A program made the translations under genes and the position numbers. From contig CAWGVS010000002.1 of the NCBI GenBank assembly GCA_963826115.1, positions 64,001-128,000 of the forward strand: a DNA stretch of 64,000 nucleotides, given 5' to 3'. Position 1 is the first letter of the stretch, and every line of letters starts with the position of its first letter. The notes beneath the pieces are model-generated. The model had not been told where the DNA came from and ran no database searches. It saw only the letters and a program-made list of their open reading frames with translations. Shown here one piece after another: positions 49,314-59,057 of the stretch. The stretch comes from an uncultured Candidatus Rokubacteria bacterium (GTDB taxonomy: Bacteria; Methylomirabilota; Methylomirabilia; Rokubacteriales; DASRDR01).

Positions 49314-51643
49314 GCGCGCCGCTCCTGCCGCTCGCGCTCGCCTTCGCGCTCGGCGCGGCGCTGGGCCTCGTCGTCGAGGCCCCCCGCTGGCTCGGCCCGG
49401 TGGGCCTCGCCCTCGTCGCGCTCCTTCTCGCGACGGGGCGCGGGCGGTCGCTCGCCGCCGCGGGACCCGGCGTGGTGGTGCTGCTGGTGCTCACGGGCTG
49501 GGCGCGCGTGGCGCTGCCCGATCCATTCCCCCCGGTGCGCGGGATCGCGCCCGGCCCGGCCGTGCTCGAGGGCCTGGTCGCGGGCCCCGCGGAGGTGGAG
49601 GGCCCGCGGACGCGGATCCCGCTGGTCCTGACGGCGGCGGGGAGCCCGCCCGCGCGTCCGGCCAGCGGCGCCCTCTCGCTGTCGCTCTACGGCGGCGCGC
49701 CCGTCCTCGCGCCCGGCGCCCACGTCCGCGTCGCCGGCGAGGTGCGGACCTTCGAGCCATTCCGGAATCCTGGCATCGAGCCGCGCGCGGGCGGGCCGCG
49801 CACGCCCCGCTACTTCGCGACGGCGCGCGGGAGCGGCGTCGAGCTCCTGCCACCCGCACCGCTCCCCTGGTGGCTCCGCACGCGGCTCTGGATCCACGCG
49901 GTCATCGAGTCGCACCTGCCGCCGGTATCCGGCGCGCTCCTCGAGGGACTCCTCATCGGGGAGCGGCGCCAGCTCCCGCCGACCCTCCTGGCGGACTTCC
50001 GGCAGGCGGGGGTCTACCACGTCCTCGCCATCTCGGGCTTCAACGTCGCGCTGGTCGCGGGCTCGGCGTTTCTCCTCTTCCGCCTCGCGCGGCTCCCCGC
50101 GCCGCTCGCGGCGGGCCTCGCGCTCGGGACGCTGCTCGCCTTCGCCGCCGTCGTCGGCGGCCAGCCCTCGGTCCTGCGGGCGACGGTCATGGGCGGGCTC
50201 TTCCTGGCCGCGAGCCTCCTCGGGCGCGAGAGCCGCGTGTGGAACAGCCTCGCCGCCGCCCTCCTCGCGCTCCTGCTCCTCGATCCCGGGAGCCTCCTCG
50301 AGCCGGGCCTCCAGCTCTCGTTCGCGGCCACGGCCGGCCTTCTCCACCTCGGGCCGTGGATCCGCCGGGGGCTCGCGCCCTGGTGCCCGGGGCCGATCGC
50401 GAGCCTGCTCGCCGCGTCCACGGGAGCCCAGCTCGGCGTCACGCCGGTGATGCTCTTCCACTTCGGTCAGCTGTCCCCGCTCGGCGTCGGCGCGAACCTC
50501 GTCGTCGTCCCGCTCGCCGCCCTCCTCACGACGGGCGGCGTCCTCACGCTCGCGGTGGCGGCCGTCAGCGAGCCCGTCGCCCATCCCCTCTTCCAGAGCC
50601 TCTGGCTCCTGCTCGTCGTCCTGCGCCTGGCCGTGCGCGCGCTCGCCGCGCTCCCGGGCGCGGTCGTCTACGTGGCGCCGCCGCCCGTGCTCGCGCTCCT
50701 GGCGCTCGGGCTCGTCTTGCTCGCGCTCCCCCGGGCGCGCGGGCGCGTCGCCTGGCTCGGGATCACCGCGCTCACCCTCGGCGCGGGCGTCGCGACGGTC
50801 CTCGCCGCCCGGCCGGACGGCCTCGCCCACGTGATCGTCCTCGACGTCGGGCACGGCGAGGCGATCCTCGTGCGGGCCCCGAACGGTCCGGCGCTCCTCG
50901 TGGACACCGGCGGCGGCGGGGCCGGGCGCGGAGACCGCGGGGAGCGGGTGGTCGTGCCGGCGCTCCGCCGCCTCGGGATCCGGCGGCTCGCCGCCCTCGC
51001 CCTCACCGAGGGCGCCCCTGACCGCGCGGGCGGTCTGCCCGGGCTCCTCGAGGGGATCGCGATCGACGAGGTGTGGATTCCGGCAGGGGCCGAGGCGGCG
51101 CCCTGGGTCGCGCCCGCCGCTCTGCGGGGCATTCCGCGGCGCGTTCTTGCGCGCGGCGATCGGCTCAGGCTCGGCCCCCTCGACCTCACCGTGCTCCACC
51201 CGGGCCGCGCCGACACGGACGGGGCGTCCACGGCGCCGGACGCGCGCGAGGCGCCGCTCCTCCTCCGCGTCGACTGGGGGCGCTTCGGGGCAGTGCTGGC
51301 CACGGGCGCCGGCCGTGGGGCCGAGGCCGCGACGCTTCGCGCCGGGGCGCCGCTCGCCGCCACGGCGCTAAAGGTGAGCGGGAACGGGAGCGCCCGGGGC
51401 TCCCCGGGGCCCTTCCTCGCCGCGGTGGGCCCGCGGGTCGCCGTCATCTCGGTGGGGGCGCGGAATCCGTTCGGGCACCCCGCGCCGGCCCTGCTCGGGC
51501 GGCTCGCCGCGGCGGGCGCGCGGGTCTATCGCACGGATCGGGACGGCGCCGTCGACATCGCGAGCGACGGACGCCGGGTGTGGGTGCGGGCCTGGGCCCG
51601 GCCGGGCCCGCCGGTCGAAATCCCCCTCGGGACCGGGCCGTGA
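49310..51643 (+). CDS. comEC: ComEC/Rec2 DNA uptake channel
   Basis: GLLIGER, AGVYHVLAISGFNV, PSVLRATVM, GLQLSF, LDVGHGEA, ISVGARNPFGHP, YRTDRDGAV; start uncertain (CTG overlapping comEA stop). Confidence 0.92.
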   Translation: MSAPLLPLALAFALGAALGLVVEAPRWLGPVGLALVALLLATGRGRSLAAAGPGVVVLLVLTGWARVALPDPFPPVRGIAPGPAVLEGLVAGPAEVEGPRTRIPLVLTAAGSPPARPASGALSLSLYGGAPVLAPGAHVRVAGEVRTFEPFRNPGIEPRAGGPRTPRYFATARGSGVELLPPAPLPWWLRTRLWIHAVIESHLPPVSGALLEGLLIGERRQLPPTLLADFRQAGVYHVLAISGFNVALVAGSAFLLFRLARLPAPLAAGLALGTLLAFAAVVGGQPSVLRATVMGGLFLAASLLGRESRVWNSLAAALLALLLLDPGSLLEPGLQLSFAATAGLLHLGPWIRRGLAPWCPGPIASLLAASTGAQLGVTPVMLFHFGQLSPLGVGANLVVVPLAALLTTGGVLTLAVAAVSEPVAHPLFQSLWLLLVVLRLAVRALAALPGAVVYVAPPPVLALLALGLVLLALPRARGRVAWLGITALTLGAGVATVLAARPDGLAHVIVLDVGHGEAILVRAPNGPALLVDTGGGGAGRGDRGERVVVPALRRLGIRRLAALALTEGAPDRAGGLPGLLEGIAIDEVWIPAGAEAAPWVAPAALRGIPRRVLARGDRLRLGPLDLTVLHPGRADTDGASTAPDAREAPLLLRVDWGRFGAVLATGAGRGAEAATLRAGAPLAATALKVSGNGSARGSPGPFLAAVGPRVAVISVGARNPFGHPAPALLGRLAAAGARVYRTDRDGAVDIASDGRRVWVRAWARPGPPVEIPLGTGP

Positions 51644-51658
51644 CGGCCCGGGAGACCG

Positions 51659-52651
51659 CTAGGCCTCGAAGGCGCGCTCGCGCTGGGCCCGGAGCCGCTC
51701 GAGCTCGGCCGCGTCGAGGCGCATGCCGAGGGACAGGTTCATGTCCGTCAGGATCGTCTTGATCTCGTTGAGCGACTTCTTGCCGAAGTTCTTGGTCTTC
51801 AGGAGCTCGGCCTCGCTCTTCTGCACGAGGTCCGCGATCGTGCGGATGTTCGCCGTCTTGAGGCAGTTGTAGGCGCGCACCGAGAGCTCGAGCTCATCCA
51901 CGCTCCGGAAGAGGTTCTCGTTCAGCTCGAGGCTGATCTCGGTCTTCGGGTCCTCCTCGGACTCGAGACCGGTCGGGAAGCGGCAGAGAAGGTTGAAGTG
52001 GTCCTCCAGGATGAGGGCCGCCTCGCCGACCGCGTCCTCGGGCGACACGCTGCCGTTCGTCCAGAGCTCGAGCACCAGCCGCTCGGCGCCCGGCTTCCGC
52101 TTGGCGGGCTCCACCTGGAAGTTCACCTTCTTGACGGGGGAGAAGTCTGCGTCCATCGCGAGCGCGTTGATGGACAGCGTCTCCGACTCCACCTTGTCCG
52201 CGGGCACGTAGCCGCGCCCCTTCTCGACGTGGACCTCCATCTCGAGGGTCACGTCGCGCTCGAGCGTGGCGAGCGGCTGCTCCGGGTTGAGGATCACGAG
52301 GTCGTGGTCCGTCTCGAAGTCGCTGGCCTTGGCGACGGCCGGCCCGGTCACCCGCAGGCGGATCAGGCGGCTCCGCTCCCCGTGGAGCTTGAAGACCACC
52401 CTCCGGAGGCTGGACAGGATGTCGAGGGAGTCCTCGGTGGCGCCCGTGAGGAAGGAGAACTCGTGGAGCACCCCGTCGATCTTGATCCACGTCGGAGCCG
52501 CGCCCTCGATCGAGGACAGGAGCACCCGGCGGAACGCGTTGCCGACGGTCAGGGCGAAGCCGGGCTCGAAGGGCTCGACCACGAACACGCCGTGATCGGG
52601 CTGGACCTCCTGCCACTCGTGCTTGCGGGGAAGCTGGATCGCGGTGGTCAT
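51659..52651 (-). CDS. rpoA: RNA polymerase alpha subunit, stand-alone divergent copy
   Basis: [64 protein letters not shown]; GAGGAGG SD. Confidence 0.96.
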   Translation of the reverse strand: MTTAIQLPRKHEWQEVQPDHGVFVVEPFEPGFALTVGNAFRRVLLSSIEGAAPTWIKIDGVLHEFSFLTGATEDSLDILSSLRRVVFKLHGERSRLIRLRVTGPAVAKASDFETDHDLVILNPEQPLATLERDVTLEMEVHVEKGRGYVPADKVESETLSINALAMDADFSPVKKVNFQVEPAKRKPGAERLVLELWTNGSVSPEDAVGEAALILEDHFNLLCRFPTGLESEEDPKTEISLELNENLFRSVDELELSVRAYNCLKTANIRTIADLVQKSEAELLKTKNFGKKSLNEIKTILTDMNLSLGMRLDAAELERLRAQRERAFEA

Positions 52652-52696
52652 GAAACCTCCTCAAGTGACACTGGGCGGGGTCAGGGACGAACGCAC

Positions 52697-52725
52697 ATTA
52701 TAGCGGAGGCTCTCGCGGTGGGGAA
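52697..52725 (-). promoter_or_regulatory. Own sigma70 promoter of rpoA
   Basis: Perfect TATAAT (52697-52702, minus strand) with weak TTCCCC -35 at 17 bp. Confidence 0.65.
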
Positions 52726-52751
52726 GTCCCCCGGCCCTGGGCGACCCGAAA

Positions 52752-52780
52752 TTGACAGGGGTCTCGGAAGCTCTTAGAAT
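52752..52780 (+). promoter_or_regulatory. sigma70 promoter of the mltG operon
   Basis: TTGACA-17bp-TAGAAT. Confidence 0.8.
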
Positions 52781-52820
52781 CAAACGGAATCTCGATATCG
52801 GCGCGGTCCCGTAGCGATCC

Positions 52821-53930
52821 GTGCGCCCAGACCTCATGTCGAGTCAGATATCTTCGCCGTCCGCGGAGCAACCCCCCGAGGGGCACCTCGTTCGCCGAGG
52901 CGTCGCCGCCGTCTGCCTCGGGCTGGCGGCGCTCGGGGCGATCGGGGTCATCGTCGCGGTCCGGCCGCCCCCGCCCCTCGCCCAGGGCTCCCGCACCGTC
53001 GAGGTCCCAGCGAGCGTGGGCGTGCTCGGGATCGCGCGCCACCTGGCCGCTCAGGGCGTGATCCGGAGCCAGATCGTCTTCGTCGGCCTGTCCACCCTCC
53101 GCGGAACGGCCCGCTCGCTCAAGGCGGGCGAGTACGAGGTGCCGCAGGGGGCGCCGCTCCTGGCCGTGCTCCAGCTCCTCGAGACGGGGCGGGTCAAGCC
53201 CCACCTCCTCGTGCTGCCCGAGGGCTTCACGATCCGCGACCTCGCCCGCCAGATCGAGGCCGAGGGGATCGCCCCGGCGAGCGACGTGATCCGGGTGGCC
53301 CGGAACCCCCAGACGGCCTGGAGCCTCGGGATCGAGGCGGACTCGCTCGAGGGCTACCTCTTCCCCGACACCTACCAGGTGACCAAGGGGATGCGCGTCG
53401 AGGAGATCCTCGGGCGGATGGTCCAGCGCTTCCGCGACCGTGCCGGCACCCCGGAGGTCGTCGCCCGCGCCCGGCAGCGCGGCCTGAGCCTCCACCAGCT
53501 CGTCACGCTCGCGTCCATCGTGGAGAAGGAAGCGGCCCTCGCCGCGGAGCGCCCCGTGATCGCCCGGGTGTTTCTCAACCGGCTACGGCTCGACATGCCG
53601 CTCCAGGCGGACCCCACGGTCGCCTACGCGCTCGCGAAGGAAGGGCGGGCGCCGACCCGCGAGGACCTCCAGATCGACCATCCGTTCAACACCTACCGGA
53701 ACCGGGGCCTTCCGCCCGGACCGATCGGGAGCCCTGGCCGGCCGGCGATCGACGCCGTCCTGGAGCCCGCGAACGCGCCGTACCTCTACTTCGTCGCCAT
53801 CGACGACCGGTCGCATCACTTCTCCACGACCCTCGAGGAGCACAACCAGGCGGTGGCGCGCTACCGGCAGTACCGCGCGCGGGCCCGGACGACGTCGATG
53901 CTTGCACCTGCCGACAAGCCGATGCTATGA
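52821..53930 (+). CDS. mltG: Endolytic transglycosylase MltG
   Basis: LKAGEY, LEGYLFPDTY, LASIVEKE, LQADPTV, NTYRNRGLPPGPI, YLYFV; start 52821 or 52836. Confidence 0.95.
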   Translation: MRPDLMSSQISSPSAEQPPEGHLVRRGVAAVCLGLAALGAIGVIVAVRPPPPLAQGSRTVEVPASVGVLGIARHLAAQGVIRSQIVFVGLSTLRGTARSLKAGEYEVPQGAPLLAVLQLLETGRVKPHLLVLPEGFTIRDLARQIEAEGIAPASDVIRVARNPQTAWSLGIEADSLEGYLFPDTYQVTKGMRVEEILGRMVQRFRDRAGTPEVVARARQRGLSLHQLVTLASIVEKEAALAAERPVIARVFLNRLRLDMPLQADPTVAYALAKEGRAPTREDLQIDHPFNTYRNRGLPPGPIGSPGRPAIDAVLEPANAPYLYFVAIDDRSHHFSTTLEEHNQAVARYRQYRARARTTSMLAPADKPML

Positions 53931-54676
53931 AGGCACGAGACCCTCGCGTGATGAGCCACACCTGGAAGCCCGTGCCCGTCGTCTGGAGCCGCGAGGCGCC
54001 GCCGACGGCGGGCGAGCCGGAGCGGGTGCCCGCGATGTACGCCGGGCTCAAGCGGCTGCTCTCCCCGCTCCTCCGGCAGTTCTTCGCCTTCCACGTGAGC
54101 GGCCTCGAGCACCTGCCCGAGCGGGGGCCCTTCATCGTCGCCGCGAACCATGCGAACTACCTGGACGGCGTCGTGCTCGCCACCGCGATCCCCCGGAAGG
54201 TCAGCTTCCTGGTCATGCCGCGGGTGTACCGGGCCACGCGGCTCCATCCCTTCTTCCACGACCACGTGGGCTCGATCCCGGTATCCCTGGCCCGCCCCGA
54301 CCCCGGGGCGATCCGGCGGGCGCTCCGGGTGCTCGAGCAGGGCGGGGTGGTGGGGATCTTCCCCGAGGGGCCGTTCAGCCAGTACGGGAAGCTCGTCCGC
54401 GGCCAGCCCGGCGTCGCCCTCGTCGCCCTCCGGTCGGGCGTGCCCGTCATCCCCGCCGCGATCTCGGGGACGTTCCGCGCGCTGGCCGCCCGGCGCTTCT
54501 TCGTGCCCCGCCGGGTGCCGCTCGCCGTGCGCTTCGGGAAGCCGATCCGCTTCACCCAGCCGCGCCAGCGGGCGACCCAGGGCCTCCGCGCCGACGTCAC
54601 CGGCCGGATCATGGAGGAGATCGCGGCGCTCCTCGCCGCGGACGGGTCCCGCGCCCCGGCGGCCGTCCCGCAATGA
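53927..54676 (+). CDS. Lysophospholipid (1-acyl-G3P) acyltransferase
   Basis: NHANYLD (HxxxxD), IFPEG, VPVIP. Confidence 0.9.
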   Translation: MKARDPRVMSHTWKPVPVVWSREAPPTAGEPERVPAMYAGLKRLLSPLLRQFFAFHVSGLEHLPERGPFIVAANHANYLDGVVLATAIPRKVSFLVMPRVYRATRLHPFFHDHVGSIPVSLARPDPGAIRRALRVLEQGGVVGIFPEGPFSQYGKLVRGQPGVALVALRSGVPVIPAAISGTFRALAARRFFVPRRVPLAVRFGKPIRFTQPRQRATQGLRADVTGRIMEEIAALLAADGSRAPAAVPQ

Positions 54677-56067
54677 CGGGTCCGGCCCCGAAGAGCCCGT
54701 GGGGCGGCCGCTTCGCCGAGCCGGCCGACACGTCGGCCCGCGCGTTCACGGCCTCCCTCCCCTTCGACCACCGGCTGTGGCCCCACGACATCCGGGGCAG
54801 CGAGGCCTGGGCGCGCGCGCTCGCGAAGGGCGGCGTCCTGTCGGAGGCGGACCTGGACGCGATCCTCCGCGGGCTCGCCGAGGTGCGGCACGAGCTCGAG
54901 ACCGGCGCGTTCCCCTACCGGATCGAGCTCGAGGACATCCACATGAACATCGAGCGGCGCCTGATCGAGAAGATCGGCGCCGTGGGCGGGAAGCTCCACA
55001 CCGGGCGGTCGCGGAACGACCAGATCGCGCTCGACATGCGGCTCTGGCTCCGGGGGGAGATCGACGCGATCCGCCTCGCCCTCCGCGAGGCGCAGGGGGC
55101 GCTCCTGGAGCAGGCCGAGCGGCACCGCGCGAGCCCGATGCCCGGCTACACGCACCTCCAGCGGGCGCAGCCGGTGCTCCTCGCGCACCACCTCCTCGCC
55201 TACGTGTTCATGCTGGGGCGGGACCGCGAGCGCCTCGCCGACGCGCGCCGGCGCCTCGACGTGTGCCCGCTCGGCGCGGGCGCCCTCGCGGGCACGACCG
55301 TCCCCGTCGACCGTCACGCGCTCGCGCAGGCGCTCGGCTTCCGGGCGCCGACCGCGAACAGCATGGATGCCGTGTCGGATCGCGACTTCGCGCTGGAGTT
55401 CTGCGCGGCGTCGGCCATCACGGCGACCCACCTCTCGCGCTTCGCCGAGGAGGTGGTGCTCTGGGCTTCGGCCGAGTTCGGCTTCGTCGAGCTGCCCGAC
55501 GCGTACTCGACCGGGTCGTCGATCATGCCCCAGAAGAAGAACCCGGACGTCGCCGAGCTGATCCGGGGAAAGACGGGGCGCGTCTACGGCGACCTCGTCC
55601 GCCTCCTGACCGTGATGAAGGGGCTGCCCCTCGCCTACCACTCCGACATGCAGGAGGACAAGGAAGGCTTCTTCGACGTCGCGGACACGCTGCGCGGCGT
55701 GCTCGGCATCCTCGCGCCCTTCGTGCGGGCGCTCCGCTTCCGGACCGACCGGCTCCGGGCGCTGGCCGGGGAGAGCTTCTCGACCGCGACCGACCTCGCC
55801 GGCTACCTCGTCCAGCGGGGCCTCCCCTTCCGGGACGCCCACGAGGCGGTCGGGCGGGCCGTGCGGCTGGCGGTCGAGCGCGGCGTCCGGCTCGAGGACC
55901 TCCCGCTCGCGGAGCTCCAGGCGCTGTCACCCCTCTTCGGCCCCGACTTCCGCGATGCCGTGTCGGTCGAGGCGTCCCTCGCCGCCCGCAACGTCTACGG
56001 CGGCACCGCGCCCGAGGCGGTAGCCCGCGCCCTCTCCGAGGCGCGCGACCTAATGGAGATCCCGTGA
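54673..56067 (+). CDS. argH: Argininosuccinate lyase
   Basis: WGGRF, EDIHMNIE, LHTGRSRNDQ, MPGYTHLQRAQP, GSSIMPQKKNPD. Confidence 0.97.
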   Translation: MTGPAPKSPWGGRFAEPADTSARAFTASLPFDHRLWPHDIRGSEAWARALAKGGVLSEADLDAILRGLAEVRHELETGAFPYRIELEDIHMNIERRLIEKIGAVGGKLHTGRSRNDQIALDMRLWLRGEIDAIRLALREAQGALLEQAERHRASPMPGYTHLQRAQPVLLAHHLLAYVFMLGRDRERLADARRRLDVCPLGAGALAGTTVPVDRHALAQALGFRAPTANSMDAVSDRDFALEFCAASAITATHLSRFAEEVVLWASAEFGFVELPDAYSTGSSIMPQKKNPDVAELIRGKTGRVYGDLVRLLTVMKGLPLAYHSDMQEDKEGFFDVADTLRGVLGILAPFVRALRFRTDRLRALAGESFSTATDLAGYLVQRGLPFRDAHEAVGRAVRLAVERGVRLEDLPLAELQALSPLFGPDFRDAVSVEASLAARNVYGGTAPEAVARALSEARDLMEIP

Positions 56068-57197
56068 GGGACGTGTCGCTGACCCGCGGATCCGGGTGGC
56101 CCCGTGCGGCGCTCGCCCTCGCGCTCCTGCTCCCGCTCGCGCTCGCCGCCTGCGGCAAGCGCGGGCCGCCGGTCGCGCCGGAGCGCAAGCTCCCGGCCGC
56201 CGTCCAGGACCTCCAGGGGAACGTCGAGGGCAGCGCGATCCGGCTCAACTGGACCCTGCCGAGGATCCGCGTCGACCGGAGCGCGCTGAAAGAGGTCCGG
56301 CGCACCGAGGTGTACCGCCGCGTGGAGGACGGGGCGCCCGAGGAGCCGGTCCGTCCCGCGGTTCTCGTCTTCGGCGGGCTGTTCGGTCCGCCCCCGGGCG
56401 TCCCCGGCTTCGAGCGGGTCGCCGACATCTCGGTCGCCGAGCCGGAGAAGGCACAGGTCCAGGGCAACCTGGTGACGTTCACCGACGCCCAGGACCTCAA
56501 GGTCGGCCGGCGCTACACCTACGTGGTCGTCGCGCTCGACGAGCACGGCCGCCCGAGCCCGCCGTCGAACAAGGTCGTCGTCGCGCTGGCGGCCGCGCCG
56601 GTCGCGCCCCCCCGTCTCGAGGCCGCGCCGGGAGACGGACAGATCCGGCTGACCTGGGACGCGCCGGCCACTCTGGTCGACGGGTCACCCGCGCCGGGCG
56701 ACCTCGTCTACGACGTGTTCCGGTCGACGACGCCGGGTCTGCCCGCCGGCCGCCCCCTGAACCAGGAGCCCGTCGCCGCCAACCAGTACCTGGACCTGGC
56801 GGTGCAGAACGACGTGACCTATCACTACGCCGTGCGAGCGCGGCTCGGCCCTGGCGGGGCCCAGAGCCAGCCCACCACGGTCGCGAGCGCGACGCCGGAG
56901 GACCAGACCGCGCCCGCCCAGCCGCGCGGGCTGGTGGCGGTCCTCGCCGGACCGACGGTCCGGCTCGCGTGGCAGGCGGTGCCCGACGCCGACGTGGCCG
57001 GCTACGTCGTCTACCGGAGCACGACGCCCGGCCGGGGCCACGTCCGGCTGACGGGCCAGCCGCAGGGCGGGACCACTTTCGTCGACAGCGACATGCGACC
57101 CGGACAGACGTACTACTACCAGGTCACCGCCGTCGACCGCGCGAAGCGCGCCAACGAGTCCGTGCCCTCCCAGGAGGTCTCCGCAACCCTGCCGTGA
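56064..57197 (+). CDS. Lipoprotein with three fibronectin type III domains
   Basis: LAACGKRGPPVAPE lipobox; repeated IRLxW..YxVxR..FxD..YxYxVxA units. Confidence 0.85.
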   Translation: MRDVSLTRGSGWPRAALALALLLPLALAACGKRGPPVAPERKLPAAVQDLQGNVEGSAIRLNWTLPRIRVDRSALKEVRRTEVYRRVEDGAPEEPVRPAVLVFGGLFGPPPGVPGFERVADISVAEPEKAQVQGNLVTFTDAQDLKVGRRYTYVVVALDEHGRPSPPSNKVVVALAAAPVAPPRLEAAPGDGQIRLTWDAPATLVDGSPAPGDLVYDVFRSTTPGLPAGRPLNQEPVAANQYLDLAVQNDVTYHYAVRARLGPGGAQSQPTTVASATPEDQTAPAQPRGLVAVLAGPTVRLAWQAVPDADVAGYVVYRSTTPGRGHVRLTGQPQGGTTFVDSDMRPGQTYYYQVTAVDRAKRANESVPSQEVSATLP

Positions 57198-57209
57198 GGC
57201 GTCGTTGTC

Positions 57210-57238
57210 TTGATTCACACCGGGGGGCATGCTAGCGT
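57210..57238 (+). promoter_or_regulatory. sigma70 promoter of dapA
   Basis: TTGATT-17bp-TAGCGT with extended -10 TG. Confidence 0.6.
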
Positions 57239-57293
57239 CCCCCGTGACGACTCCGCCCGCTCGAGTAGCGCCGTGCCGCGAAGGAGGCTGACG

Positions 57294-58184
57294 ATGCGAC
57301 GCACCTTCCAGGGCTCGCTGGTCGCGATGGTCACTCCGTTCCATGACGGCAAGGTCGACGAGGGCAAGCTCCGCGAGCTCGTGGAGTTCCATGTGGCGAG
57401 CGGCACCGACGGCCTGGTCCCCTGCGGGACGACCGGCGAATCGCCCACCCTCTCGCACGCGGAGCACAAGCGCGTCGTCGAGATCGTGATCGAGCAGGCG
57501 CGGGGCCGGATCCCGGTGGTCGCGGGCACGGGCTCCAACTCGACCGCCGAGGCGATCGAGATGACGCAGCACGCCGCCAAGGCCGGGGCCGCGGGCGCGC
57601 TGATCGTGACCCCGTACTACAACAAGCCGACCCAGCAGGGCCTCTACGAGCACTACCGCGCCATCGCGCAGGCCGCGCCCGACCTGCCCCTGATCATCTA
57701 CAACATCCAGGGGCGGACGGCCGTCAACATGGAGACCGAGACTCTGGCGCGCCTCGCCCAGATCCCGAACATCGTGGGCGTCAAGGAAGCGTCGGGGAGC
57801 CTCGATCAGATGACCGCCGTGATCCTGGCCTGCGGCCCGGAGTTCACGGTCCTCTCCGGCGACGACAACCTCACCCTTCCCCTGATGTCCGTCGGCGGGC
57901 GCGGCGTGATCTCCGTGGTCGGCAACTTCCTGGCCCGCGAGGTCGCCGACGTGACGCACGCGGCGCTCGAGGGCGACTGGAAGCGGGCTCGCGACCTCCA
58001 CCTGAAGCTCTATCCCGTCTGCAAGGCCATGTTCATCGAGACCAACCCGATCCCGGTGAAGGAAGCGATGGCCATGCTCGGGATGATCCGGGCGGAGTGG
58101 CGGCTGCCGATGTGCCCGATGACCCCGGCCAACCGGGAGAAGCTCCGCCAGGCGCTGGTCCAGGCCGGCGTCCTCAAGGCCTGA
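57294..58184 (+). CDS. dapA: 4-hydroxy-tetrahydrodipicolinate synthase
   Basis: GTTGESPTL, PYYNKP, YNIQGRT, GVKEASG, LSGDD, ETNPIPVK. Confidence 0.97.
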   Translation: MRRTFQGSLVAMVTPFHDGKVDEGKLRELVEFHVASGTDGLVPCGTTGESPTLSHAEHKRVVEIVIEQARGRIPVVAGTGSNSTAEAIEMTQHAAKAGAAGALIVTPYYNKPTQQGLYEHYRAIAQAAPDLPLIIYNIQGRTAVNMETETLARLAQIPNIVGVKEASGSLDQMTAVILACGPEFTVLSGDDNLTLPLMSVGGRGVISVVGNFLAREVADVTHAALEGDWKRARDLHLKLYPVCKAMFIETNPIPVKEAMAMLGMIRAEWRLPMCPMTPANREKLRQALVQAGVLKA

Positions 58185-58201
58185 GCCGGGCCGGGTCGCC
58201 C

Positions 58202-59002
58202 GTGGTCGAACTGGTCATCGCGGGCGCGGCCGGGCGGATGGGCGGCCGCGTCATCGCGCTGGCCCGGGAGGCGGCGGACCTCCGCGTGACGGGCGCCTTC
58301 GAGCGGCCCGGGCATCCCGACCTCGGCCGGGACGCCGGCGAGGTCGCGGGCGCGGGCCACCTCGGCGTGGCGATCGCGGTCGACGCCGGACCGCTCCTGG
58401 CTCCGGGTCGCGTCCTCGTGGAGTTCACCGCCCCGGAACCGACGCTCGAGCACCTTCGCCTCGCGGCCGCCCGCGGCGCCGGCGCCGTCGTCGGGACGAC
58501 GGGCCTCCAGGCCGCGCAGGTCGACGAACTCCGCCGGCTGGCGACGCGCGTGCCCATCATGTTCTCCCCCAACATGAGCGTGGGGGTGAACCTCGCGTTC
58601 CGGGTCTTGGCGCTCATGGCCAAGGCCCTCGGCGACGACTACGACGTGGAGATCACGGAGATTCACCACCGGATGAAGAAGGACGCGCCGAGCGGCACGG
58701 CCGCCAAGATGGCCGAGGTGCTCGCCGAGGCCCTCGGGCGCCGGATCGAGGACGCGGGCGTCTACGGCCGCCACGGCCTCGTCGGGGAACGGACGACGAA
58801 GGAGATCGGTGTCCACGCGCTCCGCGGCGGCGACGTCGTCGGCGAGCACACCGTGGTCTTCAGCACGACCGGCGAGCGCCTCGAGCTCACCCACCGGGCC
58901 CACAGTCGCGACACCTTCGCCCACGGGGCGCTCCGGGCGGCGCGGTTCGTCGCCGGGGCGCCCCCCGGCCTCTACTCCATGCACGACGTCCTCGGGCTCT
59001 AG
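58202..59002 (+). CDS. dapB: 4-hydroxy-tetrahydrodipicolinate reductase
   Basis: GAAGRMG, VGTTG, EIHHRMKKDAPSGTA, RGGDVVGEH. Confidence 0.96.
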   Translation: MVELVIAGAAGRMGGRVIALAREAADLRVTGAFERPGHPDLGRDAGEVAGAGHLGVAIAVDAGPLLAPGRVLVEFTAPEPTLEHLRLAAARGAGAVVGTTGLQAAQVDELRRLATRVPIMFSPNMSVGVNLAFRVLALMAKALGDDYDVEITEIHHRMKKDAPSGTAAKMAEVLAEALGRRIEDAGVYGRHGLVGERTTKEIGVHALRGGDVVGEHTVVFSTTGERLELTHRAHSRDTFAHGALRAARFVAGAPPGLYSMHDVLGL

Positions 59003-59057
59003 GCGGAGAGCGGCGGCCCGCATGAGCCCCGTCCGGCCGGGTCGCGGACCGTCTGAT

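Noticed and set aside
57198-57293. Lysine riboswitch upstream of dapA
   Set aside because: Gap is under 100 bp and mostly promoter and SD, too short for the aptamer
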